DNA of 64,000 bases from Octopus sinensis (Eukaryota), in the NCBI RefSeq assembly GCF_006345805.1, contig NC_043008.1:21266001-21330000 (forward strand), written 5' to 3'. The translations under genes and the position numbers were made by a program. The notes under the pieces are model-generated. The model saw only the letters and a list, made by a program, of their open reading frames with translations. It had not been told where the DNA came from and searched no databases. This document shows, piece after piece, positions 40,612-53,650 of this stretch. Position 1 is the first letter of the stretch, and every line of letters begins with the position of its first letter.

Positions 40612-41170
40612 TGGCGAGCTGGCAGAAACGTTAGCACCCTGGGCGAAATACTTTGCGGTATTTCGTCTGCCGCTACATTCTGAGTTCAAATTCCGCCGAG
40701 GTTGACTTTGCCTTTCATCCTTTCAGGGTTGATTAAATAAGTACCAGTTACACACTGGGGTCGATGTAATTGACTTAATCCGTTTGTCTGTCCTTGTTTG
40801 TCCCCTCCGTATTTAGCCCCCTGTGGGTAGTAAAGAAATAGGTATTTCGTCTGCGGTTACGTTCTGAGTTCAAATTCTGCCGAGGTCGACTTTGCCTTTC
40901 ATCCTTTCGGAGTCGATTAAATAAGTACCAGTTACGCACTGGGGTCGATGTAATCGACTTAATACGTTTGTCTGTCCTTGTTTGTCCTCTCTGTGTTTAG
41001 CCCCTTGTGGGTAGTAAAGAAATAGGTATTTCGTCTGCAGTTACGTTCTGAGTTCAAATTCCGCCTTTCATCCTTTTGGGTTGACAAATTAAGTACAAGT
41101 TGTGCACTGGGATCGATCTGATCGACTGTCCCCTCCCACCCAAAATATTCAGGCCTTGTGCCTGGAGTAT
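40612..41170 (+). mobile_element. SINE family B concatemer (tRNA head plus three 184-bp-type body units)
   Basis: ggtatttcgtctg unit starts at 40657, 40841 and 41025. Monomers or other arrays at about 3400-3615, 17927-18157, 28646-28876, 29575-30050, 37833-38058, 48480-49310(-), 59350-60180(-) and 61978-62390(-). Confidence 0.9.
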
Positions 41171-41607
41171 AAAAGAATATTTATAATGCAAAAGAAAAGT
41201 GATGAGCTGGTGCAATCATTACTGCATTAGGCAAAATGGTTAGCAGCATTTTGTATGTCTCTACATTCTGAGTTCAGATTCTGCGAAGATCAACTTTGAC
41301 TTTTATCCATTCAGGGTCGATAAAATAAGTACCAGTTGAGCACTGGGGTCAATGTAATTGACTTATCATCTTCGCTGAAATTGCTGGCCTTTTGACAAGA
41401 AATGAAATTTATATGATAATCTGTGTGTTCGTTTGCTCTATAAAAACAAACTCAGAAATAGCAAAACATTAAAAGTACCTTCCCCCCTACATACACACAC
41501 CTTCCTCTACTCATGCTCTCCTCACCTCATCGATCTCACTGTTTATTGAAACAATAGTGAGATTATATATGATCTGGGAGTACAAGGACTTGTACTTTTA
41601 TATTTAA

Positions 41608-43663
41608 TGTCACTTGTTCACGGATTCAAGATGTTGTTCTTTTGTAGTTTTCGCCTGCAGACATATTTTGCTTTGGCGAATTTCCTTCGAGAGAGAGAGA
41701 GAAAGAGAGAGAGAGAGCTTTAGACTTACAATTTAACATTGCAATAACATTGCATAATTCTTTGGTTTGTCGTTTTGTTGTAGAACTTCCAATAAGTACT
41801 TGACAGTGCTGAAGTAAATACTATTTATAGGAGAAAAGAAAGGTCAGAAATCAAGTAACTAAGTTTGATAGGTAAAATATGTACAAGAAGAATTATCATC
41901 AGCAGCATCCATCTCCATCATCATCATCATCATCATCAACGCCATTATCATCGTCATCCATCATCGTGGTCGACGTTATCATTGTCGTCGTCATCGTCAT
42001 CATCACCACCAACTGTTTTTATATCTGCTGCTTTTCCATGCTGGTATGTGTTGGGCAGTTTTTCTGAACAGCGTTTTGTATGCAACTGGTTGCTATTCTC
42101 GTTACCGACCTTTTCAGTTGCCACACGTGACAAAAGCAGGGATGCAATGTATCTATTCTAAAACTGGAAACACTTGTTTCAGTCATTTGTCTGCGGCCAT
42201 GCTGGAGCACCGCCTTTAGTCGAGCAAATCAACCCCGGGACTTTTTGTTGTTTCCTGTACTTATTCTATCGGTCTCTTTTTTGCCGAACCGGTAATTTAC
42301 GGGGACGCAAACACACCAGCATCGGTTGCCAGTGATTTTGGGGGACAAACACATACAATATCGACGGGCTTCTTTCATTTTCCGTCTACGAAATCCACTC
42401 ACAAGGCTTTGGTCGGCCCGATTTATATAGAAGACACACTTGCCCAGGTGCCACACGTGGACTGAACCTGGAACCATGTGGTTGGTAAGCAGCTACTTAA
42501 CCGACAACCACTCTGCGCCTATACGGTAAAAATCTGAGATACAATAAATACTAGGAAAAACTCAGTAGAGNNNNNNNNNNNNNNNNNNNNNNNNNNNNNN
42601 NNNNNNNNNNNNNNNNNNNNNNNNNNNNNNNNNNNNNNNNNNNNNNNNNNNNNNNNNNNNNNNNNNNNNNTGTCACTTGTTCACGGATTCAAGATGTTGT
42701 TCTTTTGTAGTTTTCGCCTGCAGACATATTTTGCTTTGGCGAATTTCCTTCGAGAGAGAGAGAAGAGAGAGAGAGAGCTTTAGAGACTTACAATTTACAT
42801 TGCAATAACATTGCATAATTCTTTGGTTTGTCGTTTTGTTGTAGAACTTCCAATAAGTACTTGACAGTGCTGAAGTAAATACTATTTATAGGAGAAAAGA
42901 AAGGTCAGAAATCAAGTAACTAAGTTTGATAGGTAAAATATGTACAAGAAGAATTTTCAGCAGCAGCATCCATCTCCATCATCATCATCATCATCACCTT
43001 TATCATCCTCGTCGTCATCACCATCACCGTCGTCGTCGTCATCGTCATCATCACCAACTGTTTTTATATCTGCTGCTTTTCCATGCTGGTATGTGTTGGG
43101 CAGTTTTTCTGAACAGCGTTTTGTATGCAACTGGTTGCTATTCTCGTTACTGACCTTTTCAGTTGCCACACGTGACAAAAGCAGGGATGCAATGTATCTA
43201 TTCTAAAATTGGAAACTCTCAGTAAAAAAAAAGCTTACATACTCTTTTTACTCTTTTACTTGTTTCAGTCATTTGACTGCGGCCATGCTGGAGCACCGCC
43301 TTTAGTCGAGCAAATCAACCCCGGGACTTTTTGTATGCCTAGTACTTATTCTATCGGTCTCTTTTTGCCGAACCGGTAAGTTACGGGGACGCAAACACAC
43401 CAGCATCGGTTGCCAAGTGATGTTGGGGGGACAAACACATACATATATTCGACGGGCTTCTTTCAGTTTCCATCTACGAAATCCACTCACAAGGCTTTGG
43501 TCGGCCCGATTTATAGTAGAAGACACTTGCCCAAGGTGCCACACAGTGGGACTGAACCTGGAACCATGTGGTTGGTAAGCAAGCTACTTACCAGACAGCC
43601 ACTCCTGCGCCTATACGGTAAAAATCTGAGATACAATAAAATACTAGGATAAACTCAGTAGAG
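41608..43663. repeat. ~1-kb direct duplication straddling the 100-N gap
   Basis: 41608-42570 matches 42671-43663. Ns at 42571-42670. Confidence 0.95.
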
Positions 43664-43900
43664 AAAAACCATGATAAGGAGGAAAAAACCCCTGAGATGC
43701 GCCTAATAAAATGCTAGGATAAACGTTAAGATAACCTGGATATGCTGTAAAAAATCTAGGATGGAAACGGTTAAAACTGAGAGACACACAGACCTGTTAG
43801 AAAAAATGTAGGATACCCATGGTAAAAGCTAGGATGCTTAAGATAAAAACTAGAATACACATAGCACATAGTTAAGAACCGAAATACTCTAAAAATCTAA
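43610..43900. repeat. Degenerate short-period repeat with a recurring aaaa(n)ctaggat-like motif
   Basis: Repeated ctaggat/ctgagat/ctagaat words preceded by A-runs. The period is irregular. Confidence 0.45.
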
Positions 43901-45195
43901 GAAGCACACCGAAACAAAAACAAACAAAAAACAGGTACTCTCACCAATATTTTTTGAGATATAATATTGTTGATTTCTTGGTTTGAGTCTAGTCATGAAA
44001 GAAAAACAGGTGAGAGAGGGAATTAAAATGAGTTGAAGGAAGGTGGGTGAGCTGTAAAATAATTTGAGACGGAGGTAAACATTTTAATAGAATTACAAAG
44101 TTATGGCCTTTGGAATATTTGATATGCAAATTTGAAGCTGAGTTAATTTCTGACAACATAGCACTTTGCGATGAAACATTTTATACGCTTTCTTAAGAAA
44201 ATTATTTTTTTTTCATTGAAGTGCCGACTTGTGAATATATCATTACAAATAAAAATTCGAAATATGTTGGGGTGTCAAATGTCAAACAAGTATCATTGAG
44301 TAGCAAACAGTAGAATTTATGAAAGAGAATTCGAGTGGTAAATGATAGAGAGAGGATGAAATTTAGTGAATGCTGAAAGCATAATATGACCGAAAGACCA
44401 GATGACATAGATACTGTATATATACTCTTTACTCTTTTACTTGTTTTAGTCATTTTGACTGCGGCCATGCTGGAGCACCGCCTTTAGTCGAGCAAATCGA
44501 CCCCTGGACTTATTCTTTTGTAAGCCCAGTACTTATTCTATCGGTCTCTTTTGCTGATCCGCTAAGTAACGGGGACATAAACACACCAGCATCGGTTGTC
44601 AAGCAATGCTAGGGGTACAAACACAGACACACAAACACACACACGCATATATATATATATACATATATACAATGGGCTTCCTTCAGTTTCCGTCTATCAA
44701 ATCCACTCACAAGGCTTTGGTCGGCCCAAGACTATAATAGAAGACACTTGCCCAAGGTGCCACGCAGTGGGACTGGACTCGGAACCATACTGTATATGTA
44801 TATTTATTTATTTTTTATGTCATCTAGTTTCAGCTCACAAGCTATGGCCATGCTAGGGCACTGCCATTTAATAAATGCGCCATTTTAAAACCTAGCCAGG
44901 CTCATAGGCCCGGTATCCTGGTTTCTATGGTGTATTTGTTCCCCAGCTGGACGGAACGCCACTCCATTGCCACGTAACTCATTTTTTCCAGCTGAGTATA
45001 CTGGAGCAACGTGAAATGAAGTGTTTTGCCCAAGAACACAACGCGTCGCCCGGTCCAGGAATCGAAATCACAATCTTACGATCATGATGCTGACACCCTA
45101 ACCACTAAGCCACGCACCTCCACATGTAGTTTTTTTTCTAAAGAATTGCTTAATGAGACAATACGAAACGAGAAAAAGCAACAATGTCTAGGACG

Positions 45196-45606
45196 GGATC
45201 TTTTCGGTTTGAACGGCAGTTTTTTAACATAATTTTTAGGTAACTAAAAAATTTTAAACTTCGTATACTGGTAGAATGTGTTTATAAAACTTCTTTTTCT
45301 CTTGGCTTTATTGAGAAAATTCTATAGTTTGTAAGATATTTGTTTGTTTTTTTATTCAATTTCTGCAATTTCGAACCAATCAAATACTCTATTGAGGTAA
45401 AAAAACATTCTGTGCCGTATGAATATTTCCATCGTTTAAGAAAACAGATTGGGTTTATTTACATTTTGAAGAAAAAAAGATACCCTTCCCCCCCCCTAAC
45501 CCTAAGACAGATTGAAATGCAATAGATCGATACTAGGATCATAATTATGGGTGACAATTTCATATAACACCGCTAGAAAAAACTGCCGTTCAAACCGAAA
45601 AGATCC
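45196..45606. mobile_element. MITE with GG-starting TIRs and 8-bp TSD (Merlin-like)
   Basis: TIR ggatcttttcggtttgaacggcagttttt. TSD ctaggacg at 45188-45195 and 45607-45614. Confidence 0.8.
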
Positions 45607-45779
45607 CTAGGACGACTTGTTCCTTATAATTACAAACGGGTTATCGTGTCATTAAAAATATGAATTTTAAGAATATTACATATCTTTTAAAGAAGCGTAC
45701 CATGCCTACCACATTTGGATTGAGTGAAACGAACATCAGTCTAGTGCGTGTGTAATATTTTAGAAATAACTATCATGGA

Positions 45780-47130
45780 ACAATGAAATGGAGGAAGAAA
45801 CTAAACAAGAAGAGCAAGAAGGGAAAAGAAGTCAAAGAGGATAAAGTTTGAATGAGGCAACAGCCATAGGGAATATTCTTTGGTGCACGAACAGGAATAT
45901 GAACTGGAGACCAAGAGAGGAAACATGTGTGAAAACGGTGCGTGACAAGAACAGAAAGAAGGATGATTGCATGTAGTAGAGGAGGATCCACCAGGGAAAG
46001 AAATAGAAGAAAAGGAAGAGGGATATGAAGGAAGGAGAGAATGGTTAATGTCAGAAAGCGAAAAGGAAAGAAGAAGAATTTCCAGAAAGAACAAATTTAT
46101 CATGAGAGCTACACACGAGAGCAAGATTTATATATCTTACAGTGAACAACTTTGTACATAAGGAATTTGAAACTTAAACTTCTAAATAGGGCACAATGAA
46201 TGATATCTGCCGTTTCTGCCCATCACTGTGATCACGTGACCGACCAGACCATCAGATGTTGTTACACATCGCTGGTCACAATGCGTTCGTATTGTTTATT
46301 CAGGCTTCGTACGACGCCACCCCGCTGGCTAAGCAAGCAGGCCAACAGAAGAAAGAGTGGTGAAAGAGTACAGCAGGGATCGCCACTACCCCCTGCCGGA
46401 GCCTCGTGGAGCTTTTAGGTGTTTTCGCTCAATAAACACTCACAACGCACGGTCTGGGAATCGAAACCGCGATCCTGCGACCGCGAGTCCGCTGCCCTAA
46501 CCACTGGGCCATTGCGCCTCCATCACTGTCAAAGAACAACTTCAGCATTGGAGAAAACGTAAGGCACATTTAGGTGTTTTCGAATTGCATAATAGAGAAG
46601 GAAAATAGGAGTTTGAAGTCAGATGATTTCTGCTTGCATAGAAATTAGAAAGGCACTTAAAATCGGTAAGGATATATTTCAAGGAAGGCGAGGCTGTGTA
46701 GTAACAAGTTTGCGTCCCAACCCCACATGGTGCTAGGTTCTAGGTATTGCTGACCTAAATGGACAAGATCTTTTGTTGCTTCAGAGGGCGTGATCATATG
46801 TATCACCTAATGTCTAATGTGTTCCCAAATGATTCAAGGAAGTGACAGTTTGCATAACTCTTAGCAGATATCAGAGAAAAATCATGACAATGGAATAAAT
46901 AATAGATATAATCAAAGCTGTTGGAAAGAAATTATTCAAAATCTTGGCAATATCGTAAGAGAAAATTTAAAGCAGCATATAAAACTGTCAGAGAAGTAGA
47001 GCATGAGGAAGACGGGACAGGCGTGACGAAAGAGTCATTTCCTAAATATCTATGTATTTAGGAAACGTAGGAACTCAGACAGGGTTGATATTATCCATGA
47101 TGTTTATGTATAAAGATTTTCGAGTGTTAC
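45780..47130 (+). mobile_element. Highly degenerate LINE fragment interrupted by SINEs
   Basis: Purine-rich linker-like sequence ending in ELRQG (a GLRQGC-like RT motif). Many stops. Confidence 0.4.
46219..46521 (-). mobile_element. tRNA-derived SINE (third family), young copy
   Basis: Minus-strand head ggaggcgcaatggcccagtggttagggcagcggactcgcggtcgcaggatcgcggtttcgattccc, followed by a non-tRNA body. Related heads at about 10930-11215(-), 13160-13205(-) and 63755-64000(+). Confidence 0.8.
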
Positions 47131-47164
47131 CCTGCAATGATAATAGCTCTGGTTGATTTTAACG

Positions 47165-47649
47165 TACCGTAAATCCTCGAGTATAGTCCGCCTTAGAGTA
47201 TAATACGCAGGGGATTTTTAGGGGGCTGCACCTCTGAAAAACCTAAACCTTGTGTATAATACACAACCCTTCTCTAACTTGAGTCAAGGAGGTCTATATA
47301 ACGTCCTTGGTTTGTAAAACTGTATATGGTAACGTCCTTTATTATTATTGTACATATAACATAATGCGAACGTGTAGCTTTTTTGTGCATTTTGTTTGCA
47401 GAAAGTAAAAGAAATAACAGTTATAATGTTTAATAAATGTTGCTTACTCAAGTTATGGATGATTCTTTTATGACTTCATTGCTTTTAGGCTTAGCTTAAG
47501 GTATTTTCGCGCCTGACGTCACAAAATATGTCTCAATAAACATTGCCAGACAGCAAATAGAGATTCGGACATTGCTTAGAAATTAATTTTCATTTTTGAC
47601 CTTTAAATTTTTGGGAAAAAATGCGGATTATACTCGAGGATTTACGGTA
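47165..47649. mobile_element. Tc1/mariner (pogo/Tigger-like) MITE, copy 2
   Basis: Same TIRs and internal sequence as 19731-20247, opposite orientation. Confidence 0.85.
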
Positions 47650-49747
47650 CTTTGTCCTAACTTAGACGCAATGACATTTACTCATTATGCCCGTTTCGAG
47701 ATTTCGAATGCCAGTCAAATATGCAGATAAACACGAAAGGTAATTCATAATTTAATCCTTATTAAAACGACTATGTTGCAATGTAAGCCAAAACAGTCTG
47801 CAAATAGGTAACATTCCAGTACAAGTTTACAAAATGGAAAGCTTTTTCAGCTGTGAGCAGTGGTGGATTCTTATATCCAAGTCGATGCAAATAATTTCAA
47901 ATATATATATATAGGCGCAGGTGTGGCTCTGCTTACCAACCACATGGTTCCGGATTCAGTCCCACTGCGTGGCATCTTGGGCAAGTGTCTTCTGCTATAG
48001 CTTCGGGTCGACCAAAGCCTTGTGAGTGGATTTGGTAGACAGAAACTGAAAGAAGTCTGTCGTATGTATGTATATATATATATATGTGTGTGTGTGTCTG
48101 TGTTTTTCCCCCTAGCATTGCTTGACAACCGATGCTGGTGTGTTTACATCCCCGTCACATAGCGGTTCGACAAAAGAGACCGATAGAATAAGTACTGGGC
48201 TTAAAAAGAATAAGTCCCGGGGTCGATTTGCTCGACTAATGGTGGTGCTCCAGCATGGCCGCGGTCAAATGACTGAAACAAGAAAAAGAGTAAAAGAGAG
48301 TAATGTAAGCACAGACGTGAATGCGTGGTAAGAAGCTTTCCTCCCAAACACATGGTTCCGGGTTTAGTGCTACTGCATGACACCTTTGGTAAGTGTTCTT
48401 TACTATAGCATGAAACTCTTGGCCCTAAGGTCACTCTGTAACTTCTACCGGTTATTTTATTATACATATATAGTTTATTTTTTTTCTACTCTAGGCACAA
48501 GGCCCGAAATTTTGGAGGAGGGTGCCAGTCGATTAGATCGACCCCAGTATGCAACTGGTACTTAATTTATCGACGCCGAAAGGATAAAAGGCAAAGTCGA
48601 CCTCGGCGGAATTTGAACTCAAAACTCAACTACAGACGAAATACCTATTTCTTTACTACCCACAAGAGGCTAAACACAGAGGGGACAAACAAGGACAGAT
48701 TAACGGATTAAGTCGATTACATCAATCCCAGTGCGTAACTGGTACTTAATTTATCGACCCCGAAAGGAGGAAAGGCAAAGTCGACCTCGATGGAATTTGA
48801 ACTCAGAACGTAGCGGCAGACGAAATACCTATTTCTTTACTACCCACAGGGAGCTAAACACAGAGAGGACAAACAAGGACAGACAAACGGATTCAGTCGA
48901 TTATATCTACCAAATATCTACCAAATTAAGTACCAGTTACGCACTGGTGCATAACTGGTACTTAATTTATCGACCCCGAAAGGATGAAAGGCAAAGTCGA
49001 CAGCGGTGGAATTTGAACTCAGAACGTAGCGGCAGACGAAATACCTATTTCTTTACTACCCACAGGGAGCTAAACACAGAGAGGACAAACAAGGACAGAC
49101 AAACGGATTCAGTCGATTATATCTACCAAATATCTACCAAATTAAGTACCAGTTACGCACTGGTGCATAACTGGTACTTAATTTATCGACCCCGAAAGGA
49201 TGAAAGGCAAAGTCGACAGCGGTGGAATTTGAACTCAGAACGTAACGGCAGACGAAATACCACTAAGCATTTCGCCCGGCGTGCGAACGATTCTGCTAGC
49301 TCTCCGCCCTATACATATATAGTTTATTTGCCAACTACCTGACCGTAACGGATTTCTACCTCCGAGGATTGAAGAACTATATGGCCTTCGGCTGTCGGGT
49401 TTGCTGAATCGTCCATGGGGCTGAGCCCTTTGTGGATGCGAAACCACTGTTCACTCTATGACCGGACATAGCGCGCACGCGTATATGTGCATTTGTGCAT
49501 ACATGCAGTATAAATATCCTCGTTGCAAAACATCTCGCGAGACAGTCGCAAATATCTGGAAGTAGATATCAATATACACTCGTAATGCAAGAATGCACAT
49601 CGTAAGTAATAACACCGAGCGTTTAAAGCTATCTATAGCTTGGTATGGAAAACATGTAACAGAGAGACCATGCATGGCCGGGAGATATGGCTGGCACAAG
49701 CCTCTGCACACACACACACACACACACTATATATATAATATATATAC

Positions 49748-49779
<32 letters not shown>

Positions 49780-49819
49780 ATATATATATAATATATATAA
49801 CATACATACATACATACAC

Positions 49820-49852
<33 letters not shown>

Positions 49853-49916
49853 ATATATATATATATGTGTATATATATAATATACATATATACACACACA
49901 TATATGTATATGTATA

Positions 49917-49965
<49 letters not shown>

Positions 49966-50198
49966 TATACATACATCCGTATATATGCCTACATGCTTGC
50001 ATACAAATATAAGTACACACACTGACACATACACATAATATCTGTATACATATGCATATGCATACATGCGTTTATATGCGTACATACTTGCATACAGATA
50101 TACATACACACACACATGTAAATAATATATACATATATATATTTATAAATACATACATATACAAACATACCTATATATATATATAAATATGTATAGAT

Positions 50199-50238
<40 letters not shown>

Positions 50239-50435
50239 TATGTGTATGTGTGTATGTATAATATGTAGATATATTATATGTATATATATATATATATGCA
50301 TATATATGTATGTACATATATATATATATGTGTGTGTGTATATATATGTATAATATATGTATATAAATATATACATACATATATACATACATATATACAT
50401 ACATACATACATACATACATACATACATACATACA

Positions 50436-50470
<35 letters not shown>

Positions 50471-50835
50471 TAATGTTTATATCGAATGTTCGAGTAGATT
50501 TAATGTGTTGAGTAAAAAAGTTGTTTTTGTGGTTAAAATACAGCAATATATATTCTTTAGGAGATAAAATCCGAAACATAAATAGAATCTTTTGTCTGCA
50601 AGTTCCTTCACAAATTAAATATATTCCTTTTAGTGTGTTGCTTAAACTATTCTTTCTCTAAAAGAAGTCGGCTTCATGGATGCGTGTACGTCTACGAATG
50701 GATATGTGGCTATATGGATATGTGTTCGTGTCTATGGACGCAACTGTTTTCAAGCATCTGTGTGTGTGTGTGTGTGTGTTATTAATATCACTTTCCAAAT
50801 TATCTTTTGGGCTCCAAGCATTGATATTATATGCA

Positions 50836-50873
<38 letters not shown>

Positions 50874-50884
50874 TATGCGTGTGT

Positions 50885-50921
<37 letters not shown>

Positions 50922-51075
50922 ATAGTGTATTTAATTCCTGACTCTAGCCAGAATAATATTATTGAAGATTATGTAATATATTTAGAATACACACAGACAC
51001 ACACACACACACACACACATACAAACACACGCACACACACACACCATACACACACACACACACACACCACACACA

Positions 51076-51127
<52 letters not shown>

Positions 51128-52084
51128 TATATATTATAATATATACACGCCCATGGATGTTTGTGCATACTTACGTATACTTACAGGCATATTCGTATAT
51201 TCATGCTTACAATATACATTGATTTGTATGTGTGTGTATGCATATATATATATATATATACACACATTTATTTATACATAGCTATGGATAAGACGTAAAA
51301 GCATCATGATGATAAAGATGATGTTGTTGATGATAAATGATTATGATGATGAGGATGATGATTGTGATGATGATGATGATGATGATTATGATGATGGTGA
51401 TGGTGATGATGATGATTGTGATGATGATGATGATGATGTTGATGATGTTGATGATGTTGATGATGATGATGACGATTATGACGACGACGATGATGATGAT
51501 GATGACTTACCTTTGTTGCTGCTGATATCGATGAAGATAATATAGGTATGTGTGAATATACAGGCTGTAGAGTCTCATTTTGTAATATAATAAACAAAAA
51601 AAAAAACAACCAAACAAAACAAATCTTTAATTAACTGATACCCACGTGATTAGCAAACACGATCTCTCCAGCGATATCTAAACCAACGTTGATTGTCCTT
51701 GATTTCAGCAAAGACATTGATAAGGTTGACTAACGAAGACTTCTACAAGAGTAACAGGAAAGTTGAACGTTTCGACCTTCGGTTTCCTGAAAGATTGGTG
51801 CCAAATGGTGGTAGCCAGGTATGCTACCCAAGATTTTGTATTAATAAGCGGAGCATTTACAAAATCCCTTTCCGAGTCCCAGTTTGTTGCTCATATCTGG
51901 TCAGACGTAGACAAGAATTTACCATTATATATAGAACTGAAGCACAAACTTTGTGGTTAAGAAGCTCTCTTTGCAACCTCGGGGTTCCGTGTTCAGTCCC
52001 GTTGCGCTGCACTTTGGACAAGTGACTTCTACTATGGTCCTGGATCGACCAACAATGCTTTGTGAGCGAATTTGGTAGACGGCC

Positions 52085-52185
<101 letters not shown>

Positions 52186-52393
52186 ATATTTATTATTTTA
52201 TTCTTTCAGTCATGTTATCGCAGCCATGCTGGAGCACCACCTTCAATCGAACAAATCGACCCCAGGTCTTAGTCTTGTAAGTCTAGTACTTATTCTATCG
52301 GTCTTTTTTGCCGAACCGTTAAGTTATGGAGACGTAAACACACTAACATCGGTTGTCAAGCGATGGTGGGAGGACAAACACAGATACACAAAT

Positions 52394-52429
<36 letters not shown>

Positions 52430-52629
52430 TAGCCCCTTGTGGGCAATAAAGAAATAAGAAACGTTAGTACGCGAATGTTTAGCGATGTTTCATTTGTCTT
52501 TACGTTCTAAGTTCAAATTCCACCGTGGTTGACTTTGCCTACAGTAGAAAAGACTATAAGTATAAAGTTATTGTATGAAAGTATATATTAAATACATTCG
52601 TTACAGCACTTTCCTATATACAATGTTTA

Positions 52630-53650
52630 TAGTGTAGGTGATTCCCCTTCTGCGACCATGAGTGGATTCGATTTGAGGTATCACTTTAACCCTTACTCTG
52701 TTCATCACCCTTGCTCTTGGAAAAGCGACGTAAAGCTGTCCCTGGGTGAAGCATGGTTGTGGCAAGTGTATGCCAACTCTGTCGAATGTTTGTCCCTATG
52801 CGAACCGAGAACTGGGCCTGTGGAAGAACGAATGGAATGTTTGCATTGCTTGGAGTGAGTTTGATTCTTCGAATCAGTACTCTCGTGTGAGAATGAGATT
52901 CACTGATAATTGACGATTTGATGCTATGCTCGTGGAACTGAAGTACTTCCAAGCGAGTTCAGTTGTATAGACCTTTTATTATGGAGAGGCTTTTAAGGAG
53001 CATAATAATTGCTCCAACTTTTAAGGTAAGGCGATGGGAAGGCATTCCAGAAGGTGTAAGAAAGTGTATAAACTCCATGGGATAATTCTGGGCTACTTCT
53101 TCATTATCTGAAGTTACTGAGTCGATGCTTAGATATGTCTTAGCTTCAGTGGGCAATCTACTTATAATTTCTTCATTTACTGCTAAGCAGTCCGAATTTT
53201 TAGGAGATAAGATCACTTTATTTTTCATTTCTTCTGCTGTACAATTGTCAAATATATCAGATACCAAAGAATTGTTACATATGCGTCACTCAGGAATATC
53301 AATAGTATCTTCTGCGTGATTATCAAAAGAGCTTTGAAGAAATTCACTTCTAAGTTGTAGTAGCCACTTATATTTGTTCTCATGTTTTGTGTAAGCTGTA
53401 TTTGATGAAAACTATCCCGCGCAGAGGTACGTCTGAGGCAGGCATCAAGAGCTTTGGGAACAACTGGAAGAACTTGCCTAAAATCTCCTCCTAGTACGAT
53501 AATTTCCCCACCAAATATACTGTTACTATTCATAATATCTCTTAAACAATTATCTATAGCTTTCAATAAACTGATGTCATTGAAGCTTCGTCAATAATGA
53601 AGACTTTTATTCGCCTAAGAATGTTTCCTTGATCAGAATTTGGTGGAACA
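52630..53650 (-). mobile_element. Helitron PIF1-like helicase fragment (pseudogenised)
   Basis: IFGGEIIVLGGDFRQVLPVVP, ILSPKN, LTPSGMPSHRLTLKVGAIIMLL and GQTFDRVGIHLPQPCFT.GQLYVAF motifs on the minus strand. Confidence 0.9.

Noticed and set aside
49330-49470. GC-richer segment with ctga...gcgaaac and tcctcg words suggesting a hammerhead or HDV ribozyme
   Set aside because: The CTGANGA core is absent, and the required stems (HHR stem I; HDV P1/P3) could not be formed on either strand.
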